Positions 36,204 to 44,918 of a stretch of DNA of 52,949 nucleotides are shown here, in pieces. This DNA is from Polyangiaceae bacterium. Its GTDB lineage: Bacteria > Myxococcota_A > Polyangia > Polyangiales > Polyangiaceae. Each line of letters opens with the position of its first letter. Within the stretch, counting starts at the first letter, position 1. The stretch spans positions 193,508 to 246,456 of the forward strand of contig JAXLYP010000017.1 in NCBI GenBank assembly GCA_046351395.1. The letters run 5' to 3'. The translations under genes were made by a program, and so were the position numbers. Under the pieces are notes generated by a model that saw only the letters and a program-made list of their open reading frames with translations, was not told the DNA's origin and did no database searches.

Positions 36204-36423
36204 GACAGTATGGAAATCCATGGTAGTGCGTGGTGACGGCAGCGCGCTTCGAGCGCAGTCGGCGTGATAGGGAGAACCCTTGGTTCGGTGCGCGTGAAAC
36301 GAACCCGCGCCGATCGGGCGCGCTGGTCGCCGAGACAATATGGAAATCCATGGGTTTGGTGAGCCGGATAGGCGGTTCTCGGGACGCGCTGGTTCTTTCC
36401 TCAGACAATATGGAAATCCCTGG
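36204..36423. promoter_or_regulatory. Three direct repeats of a 20-bp AT-rich motif, GACA(A/G)TATGGAAATCC(A/C)TGG, in the 830-bp intergenic region upstream of the histidine-kinase operon
   Basis: Copies at 36204-36223, 36334-36353 and 36404-36423. Each contains the inverted half-sites ATGGA-AA-TCCAT. An A8 tract follows at ~36448. Confidence 0.6.
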
Positions 36424-36679
36424 GCGGCGCGCACGAACGTGGCCGCCGAAAAAAAAGGCGCAGGAATCCCTCCATGGCGGGGACGAGGAATATCTCTCTC
36501 GCTCCACGACGGTCGCGCGCATTTCAGGTGTGTTGGTTTGATGGGTTGCAATGGACGCAATCGCTGCGGACGAATGCAGGTCTTGCGCGTCTCGCGTCTG
36601 CCGTGAAGTACCCCCCTTGGGATGGAGTCTAGCGCAGGAGGCCGTCGTCGTGGTGTGAAAGCTGCAGCCGCTGAGGGGC

Positions 36680-37753
36680 GTGACGACCTCCATTCCGCCA
36701 GCGTTCGACGAGGCGCTCGACCCTGCTCCGAGATGTGAGGACGCCGTCGCCATCCTGGACGCGCTCAGCGCTGCGGTGCTCGCGGCGCGCTCCGACGGCG
36801 TCATCACGTGGGCGAACCCATGGGCTGCGCGCGTCCTCCGGCGCTCACGGGCCTCGATCATCGGGCGAAACCTCGCGGATGTGCTGCCTCTCTCGTTCGC
36901 GGTCGGGGAGGACACGCCCTCGGAGCACCGCCGCGGTGAGCTCACTTATCAAGCGGACGACGGCTCCCGTTGTCAGCTCGGATTTTCGCTCGCTCGGCGG
37001 GCCGTCACGGCGCCGGACGAGGTCGCCATCATCGCGCTGTTCCAAGAGATCTCGAGCCTCATCGAGCTGCGACGCCAGCGCGATCGACTCCTCCAGATGG
37101 CGGCGCTCGGGGACGCCCTCCCAGCGGTGCTCCACGAGGTCCGCAACCCGCTCGCGGCGATCACCACGGCGCTGGAGGTTTTGACCGAAGACGAGGGGCC
37201 GCTGCAAGCGGATCTCCACGCGGTTCTGAACGAGGCGCGCCGCGCCACCCTGACGCTCGACGGGCTCGGGGGCCTCGCGCGCGAAACCCACAGTCGGAAG
37301 TGGGAAGCCATCGATCACGCGGTCGCGGAGGCCACCCGAGTGCTCGAACCCACCGCCGCGAGGCGGGGTATTTCCCTTCGAACGACGGGGCCGGCGCTCC
37401 CGCTCCTGCCGCTCGATCGCGCGGCGATCAGCGGCGTGGTGTTCAATCTCGTGCGCAATGCCATCGACGCGTGCGGCGAGGGTGATGTGGTCGCCGTCGA
37501 GGCCCGTTTGCCGTCGCCGAACGAGTTCCTGCTCGAGGTTCGCGACACGGGCCATGGCATGTCCGTTCCCATCGTGAAGCGCTGCACGGAGCTCTTCTTC
37601 ACGACGAAGGATACCGGGTCTGGGATTGGGCTCGCATTGTGCAAGCGGTTCGCGGAGTCGTCGGGAGGATCGCTGGAAGTGGAGAGCGAACTCGGGCGGG
37701 GGACGACGGTATCGGTTCGCGTCGCTCTCCGCACCGACGCACGAGGAGGGTGA
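36680..37753 (+). CDS. Cytoplasmic PAS-domain sensor histidine kinase
   Basis: H-box LHEVRNPLAAI, N-box NLVRNAIDA, DTGHGM, GSGIGLALC. GTG start. Confidence 0.85.
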   Translation: MTTSIPPAFDEALDPAPRCEDAVAILDALSAAVLAARSDGVITWANPWAARVLRRSRASIIGRNLADVLPLSFAVGEDTPSEHRRGELTYQADDGSRCQLGFSLARRAVTAPDEVAIIALFQEISSLIELRRQRDRLLQMAALGDALPAVLHEVRNPLAAITTALEVLTEDEGPLQADLHAVLNEARRATLTLDGLGGLARETHSRKWEAIDHAVAEATRVLEPTAARRGISLRTTGPALPLLPLDRAAISGVVFNLVRNAIDACGEGDVVAVEARLPSPNEFLLEVRDTGHGMSVPIVKRCTELFFTTKDTGSGIGLALCKRFAESSGGSLEVESELGRGTTVSVRVALRTDARGG

Positions 37754-37754
37754 C

Positions 37755-38120
37755 ATGTCACGTGTCGACAACCTGAACAAGATTCTACGTGGGCTGCAGA
37801 GCGCTTCGCCGGACGTCGAGGCGAGCGCGCTCATCTCGGACGATGGGCTCATGATCGCGAGCGCCCTGCCACAGCACATCGACGAGACGCGCGTCGCCGG
37901 GATGAGCGCCACGCTCTCGAGCCTGGGTACGCGCGCGGCGGCCGAGCTCGAGCGCGGCAACGTCGAGGAGGTCCTCGTGCGGGGCTCGAACGGCTATGCC
38001 GTCATGCTCGCCGCGGGGTCCGGGACGCTCCTCTTGGTCCTTGCGAGCAAGCAGGCGAAGCTCGGCCTCATCTTCCTCGACATGCGTCGGGCGGTCGACG
38101 ACATCCGTCGCGTCCTCTAG
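37755..38120 (+). CDS. Roadblock/LC7 (MglB-like) domain protein
   Basis: SD ggaggg lies 4 nt upstream of the ATG. ...LISDDGLMIASAL...LLLVLASKQAKLGLIFLDMRRAVDDI is typical roadblock-domain sequence. Confidence 0.8.
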   Translation: MSRVDNLNKILRGLQSASPDVEASALISDDGLMIASALPQHIDETRVAGMSATLSSLGTRAAAELERGNVEEVLVRGSNGYAVMLAAGSGTLLLVLASKQAKLGLIFLDMRRAVDDIRRVL

Positions 38121-38266
38121 ACCCGTTCGAGAAGCGAGCAGATCCCCGGGCCCGGGCGCGACAAAGCGTCATCGGGGTGACGCCCGAGCGTCATCGTTTT
38201 GACAGTCTTCGCGCGATCCACGCGTTAGAACGTACCCAACAGCCGATCGATAGGAGGGGGTCTTCG

Positions 38267-39026
38267 ATGCCCAATACGATTTTGTTCGATCAAGGTGCCC
38301 ACAAGAACGTCCTGCTCGAGGACGTGTCCGCGGGCAGCCACGCCCGTACAAGCCAATCAGCACGTCATCGTCGACCACGCGTCGGGCATGATCCTCGACC
38401 CGGGCGGACACAAGGTCTACTCGAAGGTCCTCTCCGGCACGCTCGCCACCCTCGGCAAGGCGAAGCTCGAGATCCTGTTCCTGTCGCACCAAGATCCGGA
38501 CATCGTCGCCGCGACGAATGGCTGGCTGATGACCACGGACGCCGTGGGCTACGTCTCCGCGCTGTGGACTCGGTTCGTCCCGCATTTCGGGCTCGATCAC
38601 CTCGTCCAGTCCCGCCTCCTGCCGATCCCGGACGAGGGCATGCGGATGAAGCTGGGCCAGAGCGAGCTGCTCATCCTCCCCGCGCACTTCCTCCACTCGC
38701 CGGGAAACTTCCACGTCTACGACCCCGTCTCGAAGATCCTCTACAGCGGCGATCTCGGGGCATCCATTGGTGGGGATTACGTCGAGGTGACCGACTTCGA
38801 CGCGCACCTCCCACTCATGGCGGGGTTTCACCGGCGCTACATGGCTGGGGGGGCCGCGATGCGCGGCTGGGCGAAGATGGTCCGCCAGTTGCCGATCGAG
38901 ATCATCGCGCCGCAGCACGGGGCGCTGTTTCGCGGGAAGGAGATGGTCGATCGGTTCATTGGATGGTGCGAGGGCATGCAGTGCGGACTGGATGTGATGG
39001 GCGATGGTTACCGCATCCCCGCTTGA
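38267..39026 (+). pseudogene. MBL-fold (ODP/flavodiiron-N-terminal-like) protein with a +1 frameshift near 38340
   Basis: A strong SD (aggaggggg) precedes ATG 38267. The first frame reads MPNTILFDQGAHKNVLLEDVSAGSHA... and then switches to the 38295 frame: ...VQANQHVIVDHASGMILDPGGHKVYS...FLSHQDPDIVAATNGW.... Removing one C from the ccc run at ~38344-38346 restores a continuous protein. Confidence 0.65.
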
Positions 39027-40158
39027 GTCCCCGCGCCGCACCGTGCTCGTCGTGGAGGACGAGCCGATGCTGCGCGCCTCGATGGTCAAGGGGCTCGCGA
39101 AGCTCTCGTCGGTCGCGCTCGTCGACGCCGGCTCGCTGCGAGAGGCGCGGCGACTCGCCGAGCTGCACCGCCCCGTGCTGGTCGTGAGCGATCTCGACCT
39201 GCCCGACGGCTCGGGGATCGAAATGGCGTCGACGCTCGACGAGCTCGGTCTTCGCGTCCCGATCCTGTTCGTGTCGGCCTACGTGCGGGAGTACCAGGGG
39301 CGATTGCCGAAGCGGCCGGGGATCGAGGTCTACGAGAAGCCGCTGCCCCTCGAGCGCCTTCGGAGCGCGGTGGAGGCGCACCTCGGGATCGAAGCCGAGG
39401 CTTCGCCGTTCGGTGTGATCGACTTCGTCCAGCTCGCCGGCATGGGGCGGCGCTCGGTCGTCATCGAGGTGCGAGGCCGGATCGCGGGGAGCGGGCGAAT
39501 CGTCATCCGCGCGGGCGAGGTGTGGTCGGCGCGCGACGAGCGGGGCGAAGGAATGGAAGCGTTCAAGCGCCTCGCGTTCCTTCGGGACGCGGTCGTCACG
39601 TGCCGCTCGTTCGATCGTCGCGACTCGTCTCCTCGCATCATCCAAGGGGGCTGCGAGAGTGTCCTGCTCGAGGCGGCGCGCCAGTACGACGAAGCGGGCG
39701 GGGCGCCGCCGGAGCGCGACGAGCTCGGCGACCTCGACGAGGGCTGGGACTCCCGAGACGCGGGCCGCGGTGACAGCTGGGAAGGCTCCGCGCGGTCGCA
39801 CGACCCCGTCGTCTCGTCCACGCCGGTGCCGCCCGGCCGGCATCGGTCCGAGGTTCGCCCGGTCGTGCCGGAGCCCCGAGGGGAATGGCGCTCCGCGACC
39901 CTGACGCCCGCGGTCGACGAGCCGCCGCCGACTCAGCCCTCGACGCGACTTCGTGACGTCGATCCGCGCGAGCTCGCGACGGTCGCACGGCTCGCGGCGG
40001 GGTTCTCCGACGTGTACGAGCGGGGCGTCGACGCGCTGCTCGCGAAGGACTATCGCAAAGCGTACGCGGCGTTCCTCGAAGCGCGAGAGCTCTCGCCGGA
40101 GGACCGGCGGGTCGAAGCGAACCTCGTCCGCCTCCGAGAGATGGGGTTCGGAACGTGA
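39004..40158 (+). CDS. Response regulator (REC) with a C-terminal DUF4388-like domain and a TPR-like tail
   Basis: REC motifs VLVVEDEP, VVSDLDLPDGSG, K in EKPL. Then FGVIDFVQLAGMGRRSVVIEVRG...GRIVIRAGEVWSA...GMEAFKRLAFL. The stop overlaps the next GTG (GTGA). Confidence 0.8.
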   Translation: MVTASPLESPRRTVLVVEDEPMLRASMVKGLAKLSSVALVDAGSLREARRLAELHRPVLVVSDLDLPDGSGIEMASTLDELGLRVPILFVSAYVREYQGRLPKRPGIEVYEKPLPLERLRSAVEAHLGIEAEASPFGVIDFVQLAGMGRRSVVIEVRGRIAGSGRIVIRAGEVWSARDERGEGMEAFKRLAFLRDAVVTCRSFDRRDSSPRIIQGGCESVLLEAARQYDEAGGAPPERDELGDLDEGWDSRDAGRGDSWEGSARSHDPVVSSTPVPPGRHRSEVRPVVPEPRGEWRSATLTPAVDEPPPTQPSTRLRDVDPRELATVARLAAGFSDVYERGVDALLAKDYRKAYAAFLEARELSPEDRRVEANLVRLREMGFGT

Positions 40159-40817
40159 GGCGCGCCGCGTTCGCCGTTCCCGGAGAGGAACTCGGAGTAT
40201 GGGCGCCCGCCACGCTCCTGTCGTGCGGCGCCCTGGGCGCGGTCGTCGTCGCGGTCCTCCTCGGATCCCCCGCCGTCCCCGCGGAGGCGAGCTCGATGTC
40301 GCGCGCGACGCCGGGCGCGGAGGGCGCCGCAGCGACGGTGTCCACGGACGCGATCCGCCCGCCGACCGCGCCGTCGATCGCGCCGCCGCCGCCTGCACCG
40401 AGCGCGATCGCTGCACCCCCGGGCCCCTCGGGGTCGGGCGGGGCGATCCCTCAATGTCCACCCGTGCGGGTGGGCTTCCAATCGAACGCGTTCGGCCCGA
40501 GCCCCGCGGCGATCACCGAGCTCGACCGGCTCGCGGCGTGGCTGCGCGAACATTCGGACACGACGCTCGTCGTGAGCGGGCACGCCGACGCGGTGGGCAC
40601 GGAGGACGGCAATTTGCGCCTCAGTCACATCCGCGCGGAGTCGATCGCGCGAGAGCTCTCGGCGCGAGGGGTGGCTCGGAGCCGCATGACGGTGCGGGGG
40701 TATGGAGCCTATCAGCCCCTCGAGGGCGTGCTCGAGGACGCCGCAGACAATCGAAGGGTCGTCATCTATGTCCGCGGGGATTGTCTCCGCGGCTTCGAGG
40801 AGGTCATAGGACCATGA
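40155..40817 (+). CDS. OmpA/MotB-like peptidoglycan-binding domain protein with an N-terminal membrane anchor
   Basis: VVSGHADAVGTEDGNLRLSHIRAESIARELSARGVARSRMTVRGYGAYQPL...NRRVVIYV. Confidence 0.8.
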   Translation: MRRAAFAVPGEELGVWAPATLLSCGALGAVVVAVLLGSPAVPAEASSMSRATPGAEGAAATVSTDAIRPPTAPSIAPPPPAPSAIAAPPGPSGSGGAIPQCPPVRVGFQSNAFGPSPAAITELDRLAAWLREHSDTTLVVSGHADAVGTEDGNLRLSHIRAESIARELSARGVARSRMTVRGYGAYQPLEGVLEDAADNRRVVIYVRGDCLRGFEEVIGP

Positions 40818-41746
40818 TCGTGACACTCACCTTGGTCACCGTGGGCGCGGCGTCCGCGTTGCTGGGCTCGGGATACCTCTTCGGTGCGCGGCGGGGGCGA
40901 ACGGCGCGCGCTGCGCTCGCGGCGCACGCGGAGTCGCGCGAGGTCGCGCTGCGCGAGGCGGAGTCGAGGCTGTCGCTCGAGCGGCGGACGGCGGAGAGCG
41001 ACGCGGCGCGAAGACGGGAGCTCGAGTCGATCCTCGTCCCGCTCACGCGTCAAACCCAGACCTCGAACGAGGAGCTCGAGAAGGTGGAGGAGCTCAAGCG
41101 AGAGGTGCGGGCGATCGCCCGGTCCCTCGCGGAGCGCGACAGCCATCAAGACGAGCTCCGACGCGAAGTCCGGGGCGCGCTCGCGTCGTTCGCGAAGCAG
41201 CCCGGGGACGAGGCGAAGCTCGAGGGCCACGTGCGACGGCTCGTCGCGCCGCTCCTCCAGCGCGAGGAGCAGTCGGAGAAGCTGCGCGACGCGCTGCAGG
41301 AGGTGCTCCGACCCATGATCGAGCGGGAGCGCATGGGACGCGATCTCGCGCGCCTCCCGCCGTCCACGAGCGGGCTCGGCGGGCTCCCCAAGCTGCTCGA
41401 CGCGATCGCCGAGCGGGGCGGGTTCACCGCGGTGGTGCTGAGCGACGACGTGGGGCTCCCGCTCGCGGCGAGCGCGGGCGCCCTGGACGTCGAGACGCTG
41501 GCGGGCTCCTCGTCGCTGCTCCTCACGCTCGCGGACCGCGCCGCGCGCGATGGCGCACCCCCGCCCCAGGCGGTCGTCGTTCGCGACGCGTCGAACCAGA
41601 CACTCCTTCACCGCATCTTCCGCGTCGGGGACGAACGCTTCATGCTGACGGCGGTCGCCCGCGGCGTCGAGATCGCGACGGGCGCGCTGGATCCGGCGCT
41701 TGGAACGCTGGAGCGCGCGCTCGCGCGCAACAACATCGCGGCGTGA
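40814..41746 (+). CDS. Membrane-anchored coiled-coil protein with a C-terminal roadblock-like domain
   Basis: ATG overlaps the upstream stop (ATGA). TM MIVTLTLVTVGAASALLGSGYLF. Heptad-rich middle region. C-terminal GGFTAVVLSDDVGLPLAASAG...LLHRIFRVGDERFMLTAVA. Confidence 0.6.
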   Translation: MIVTLTLVTVGAASALLGSGYLFGARRGRTARAALAAHAESREVALREAESRLSLERRTAESDAARRRELESILVPLTRQTQTSNEELEKVEELKREVRAIARSLAERDSHQDELRREVRGALASFAKQPGDEAKLEGHVRRLVAPLLQREEQSEKLRDALQEVLRPMIERERMGRDLARLPPSTSGLGGLPKLLDAIAERGGFTAVVLSDDVGLPLAASAGALDVETLAGSSSLLLTLADRAARDGAPPPQAVVVRDASNQTLLHRIFRVGDERFMLTAVARGVEIATGALDPALGTLERALARNNIAA

Positions 41747-41797
41747 TCCGCGGAGGGGCGCGGGCCGGCCCCTTGGACGCGGGGCAAACACACCCCG

Positions 41798-42376
41798 CTA
41801 TTGGAACCGGAGCTCGCGGACGAACGCGTAGGTCTTGGGCGCGAGCCGCAGCTGAAAGCTCTGTCCGCCCTCGTTCGCGCGCGACTCGAGGTCTTTTTTG
41901 TAGCGCACGGTGACGACCACGTTCCCCTCGGCGTCGGTTCCTTCGATCGTGTGCGTCCAGGCGTCGGCGGGCCACGCTCGCTTGTCGGAGACGTACGCTT
42001 CGACGGCGATCGCGACGCGCGCGTCGTCGATGTCGTCGGGCCACGGCATGACGAGTTTGCTCTCGCCGGGCGCGATGGGGCCGACGTGATCGAGGACGGA
42101 TGCGTACTTGGGATCGCCCGGCGCGTACTTCCTTTGCGCGGGCGCGGGCCGGAAGAGATCGAGGACGATCGTCCCGTCCGGGAGCATCCTCGCTTGACCA
42201 ATCGCTTCCATGGGACCTCCGCTCGACGCTGGGGCCGATGGTAGCCGCCCTTCCGCGCTTGGCGCGACGGACGCACCCGCGGGCGCCGACGGGGATCCCG
42301 TGGGTGTCCGAGGATCGGCGGAGGAGCAGGCGAAGAACGTGAGGGCGAGGGCGAGGGCCGAACCCGGGAAACGCAT
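41798..42376 (-). CDS. Lipoprotein, function unknown
   Basis: MRFPGSALALALTFFACSS. Lies 8 nt downstream of the hydroxylase stop. Confidence 0.6.
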   Translation of the reverse strand: MRFPGSALALALTFFACSSADPRTPTGSPSAPAGASVAPSAEGRLPSAPASSGGPMEAIGQARMLPDGTIVLDLFRPAPAQRKYAPGDPKYASVLDHVGPIAPGESKLVMPWPDDIDDARVAIAVEAYVSDKRAWPADAWTHTIEGTDAEGNVVVTVRYKKDLESRANEGGQSFQLRLAPKTYAFVRELRFQ

Positions 42377-42384
42377 GCGCGGTT

Positions 42385-43050
42385 CTACGGGCTCGCGGCC
42401 GCCGCGGTCTGCCCGGCTCCGTCGTTTCCTGTGGGCTCGACGACCGGGCTCGCCCCGGTGTCGCGGGCGCGACCCACGAGCTCGTAGTCGTGCTCGAATT
42501 CGGCGCGGACGGCGCCGCGCTCGTCGACCAACCAGGTCGGGGCGACGTGGCGGGGCACTTTGATGCGCTCGGACGGCACGTGACTCCGGAACGCGACGTC
42601 CCAGAGCGGGCTCGTCACACCGTGGTTGAGGCGGGGCGTCTTGTGGTGGTGCAAGAGGTGATGCCGGCGCGCCCAACGCCCGTACGCCGTGGTCGGGGGC
42701 CGCGTGTGGATCCAGCGGTGGAGGACCTCGTACCCGCCATAGACGAGGGAGAAGCCGGCGGCGAACGAGAGGGCGCGACGCGGTCCCACGAGGGGCGTGA
42801 GGGCGCCGCCGAGGAGAGGGATAGCGACCGCGGCGGCGCGCACTTTGCGCGCGGTGGGCGCGAAATAGGTCGGGGTCGCGTGGTGGGCGAGGTGCTCGGC
42901 GTTGAACTCCGCCGCGAGCCCCGAGGGCGTGAGCTTCTCGAGGAGGTTCGGCTTGAGCGCGCGCTTCGGTCCGTGACCGACGAACCGATGAATCGCGTAT
43001 TCGCTCGCCGACCAGCCGAGCCCGCCGAGCGCCATCCAGAGTATCGACAT
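42385..43050 (-). CDS. Fatty-acid hydroxylase / sterol-desaturase-superfamily membrane protein
   Basis: His boxes HRFVGH, EHLAHH, HRWIHT, HHLLHHH. SD gaaggga upstream; the ATG shares one nucleotide with the TetR stop (TGATG). Confidence 0.75.
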   Translation of the reverse strand: MSILWMALGGLGWSASEYAIHRFVGHGPKRALKPNLLEKLTPSGLAAEFNAEHLAHHATPTYFAPTARKVRAAAVAIPLLGGALTPLVGPRRALSFAAGFSLVYGGYEVLHRWIHTRPPTTAYGRWARRHHLLHHHKTPRLNHGVTSPLWDVAFRSHVPSERIKVPRHVAPTWLVDERGAVRAEFEHDYELVGRARDTGASPVVEPTGNDGAGQTAAAASP

Positions 43051-43826
43051 CACACACGTCCCTTCTTCTTCTTGATCCCAGGCTTCGATGCGGCGGGCTC
43101 GGTCTCTCCGGGCCGCGCGGTGCGAGTCAGTTGGTGCGCGGCGGAGAGCCGCGCGGGGGTCGCCCCCCAGCTCGTGAGCAGCGCGCCGGACGCGAAGCGA
43201 CCAATGTCTGCGACGCTCGGCGCGCGGCGCGCGACGCGACGCGCTTTGTCCATGCAGTGAGCCCCGTGGAGCGCGGACCAGAACGCGTAGACGCGCGCGT
43301 TCGCGTCCCCGGGGGAGAGCGCCTCGGTCTCTTGAGCGAGCGCGAAGACGGACTCCATGCGCTCGAGGAAGGCCCCGAGGAGCGGAGCGGTCTTCGTCGC
43401 CTCTTCGTCGGAGAGGAGTTGTCGGGGGTCCCCGAGGAGGCGCGCGACGAGGCGCCACTCGTGCGGGTGCGTATCGGGGAGAGAGAGGTAGAGGTCGGCG
43501 AGCGTGAGGAGCGTCGCGAGGCTCGCCGTAGCGGGTGCGACCTTGCCGAGCGTCGCGGTGAGGGTCTCGAGCTCGGATTCGAAGTGCGCGCTGATCTCGC
43601 GCACGGCGCGCCGCTGCAGGGCGGCGATGAGCGCGTCCTTGGAAGGGAAGTAGCGGTAGATGGCCGTCGTCACGAGCCCGAGGGTCTGCGCCACGCGCTG
43701 GAGGGTCAGCCCGTCGAGATCGTCGGACTCGAGGATCTCCATCGCGCGGTCCAGGATCGCCTCCGTGCGGAGCTCCCGCCGGTCGCTCGCCCGCGTCGTG
43801 GCGTCGCCGTTGTGAATCATGTTCAC
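43050..43826 (-). CDS. TetR-family transcriptional regulator
   Basis: HTH LTLQRVAQTLGLVTTAIYRYFPSKDAL. Start is GTG 43826 or the ATG 2 codons in. A poly-Lys tail precedes the stop. Confidence 0.85.
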   Translation of the reverse strand: MNMIHNGDATTRASDRRELRTEAILDRAMEILESDDLDGLTLQRVAQTLGLVTTAIYRYFPSKDALIAALQRRAVREISAHFESELETLTATLGKVAPATASLATLLTLADLYLSLPDTHPHEWRLVARLLGDPRQLLSDEEATKTAPLLGAFLERMESVFALAQETEALSPGDANARVYAFWSALHGAHCMDKARRVARRAPSVADIGRFASGALLTSWGATPARLSAAHQLTRTARPGETEPAASKPGIKKKKGRV

Positions 43827-43845
43827 AATAGTGAACCACGTTCAC
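43812..43845. promoter_or_regulatory. Two adjacent 15-bp palindromes, GTGAA-N5-TTCAC (gtgaatcatgttcac and gtgaaccacgttcac), overlapping the TetR start codon: candidate autoregulatory operator
   Basis: Read directly from the sequence; perfect 5-bp inverted half-sites, twice, 4 bp apart. Confidence 0.7.
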
Positions 43846-43972
43846 GTTGGTGTCAAGCGGGGAGGGATGAAAGGGTTGGGGAGGGATGAACGAGTTGGGG
43901 CGTACGCTCGTCAGACGCCATGCGAACGTTCCCCGCGTCGCGGGATTCCTCCCAGCACTCGAACGACCCCGG

Positions 43973-44728
43973 ATGACGCGCTTCTCTCGAACTTCAACGT
44001 GGGCGATGTGCGCGCTGATCCTCGCGGGGTGCGGCGGCAGTCCCGCGCGTGTCGCGGGGGACCGCGGTCCGAGCGCGTCGGCGAGCGTGGCGGCGAATCC
44101 ACCCGGGGCCACGAGCGCGCCCGAGCCGGTGGGAGGGGACGGCGAGCGGGTCGTGGCGGGCGAGTCGCCCGGGACTCCCGTGATCGCGCCGCCGCCCCCG
44201 GAGGAGCCGCGCCCCGCGCTGCTCTCGACGTGTGAGGAGCGCCGGAGCATCGTGATCCACAAGGCGGAGCGGACGTTGGAGCTTCGATGCGGGGACGCGC
44301 TCGCGGCGCGGTTCGCGGCGTCGCTCGGGAATGCGCCGGAGGGCGCGAAGCAGCACGAGGGGGACGGGCGAACGCCGGAGGGGGACTACTTCATCAGCAT
44401 GAAGTACCCGAGCCAGTACCATCGGTCGCTCCAGCTCGCGTATCCGAACGTCGCGGACGCGGACGCGGGGCTCGCGAAGGGGACGATCAAAGCGACGGAG
44501 CACGCGAAGATCGTGCAGGCGTACGCCACGTGTCGCGAGCCACCCCAGACGACGGCGCTCGGGAGCTTGATCCAGATCCACGGCGGCGGCGGCGGTCCGG
44601 ACGTGGGCGATTGGACGCTCGGTTGCGTCGCCGTGGACAACGACGAGATCGAGGTGGTGTTCGCGTTTCAAAAGCCGGGGTGCGACGCGCAGAATCGCCC
44701 GAACACGCTCGTCCGAATCCTTCCTTGA
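43973..44728 (+). CDS. L,D-transpeptidase (YkuD) domain lipoprotein
   Basis: MTRFSRTSTWAMCALILAGCGG. Catalytic core HEGDGRTPEGDYFI...GSLIQIHGGGG...WTLGCVAVDNDEIEVVF. An upstream in-frame ATG at 43886 is less consistent with the signal peptide. Confidence 0.8.
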   Translation: MTRFSRTSTWAMCALILAGCGGSPARVAGDRGPSASASVAANPPGATSAPEPVGGDGERVVAGESPGTPVIAPPPPEEPRPALLSTCEERRSIVIHKAERTLELRCGDALAARFAASLGNAPEGAKQHEGDGRTPEGDYFISMKYPSQYHRSLQLAYPNVADADAGLAKGTIKATEHAKIVQAYATCREPPQTTALGSLIQIHGGGGGPDVGDWTLGCVAVDNDEIEVVFAFQKPGCDAQNRPNTLVRILP

Positions 44729-44918
44729 GGGGCCGACCGCTCCCACGGGCATCGCGGATTGTCTGTCACGCCGCGGGCGCGCGCTCGCTCGGCGGTCGAC
44801 GCGGCGGTGGGACGCGCGCACGCGGGGTCGTTCTCGAGGTGGGGCGGGCGCCTGACGGGAGGCTCGGGAGGCGGTCGACGCGTGCAGCGGGCTGCGCGGA
44901 ACGCGCTATCGTCGACGT

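Noticed and set aside
36204-36423. Possible CRISPR array (repeated 20-mers)
   Set aside because: Only three copies, with irregular 70- and 130-bp spacing and a repeat length of ~20 bp. This behaves like operator or enhancer sites rather than a repeat-spacer array, and no cas genes are present.
36527-36545. Sigma-54-like -24/-12 element (tTGGtttgatgggtTGCa)
   Set aside because: The GG-to-GC spacing is one nucleotide longer than the consensus, and no enhancer-binding protein (AAA+ sigma-54 activator) is encoded nearby.
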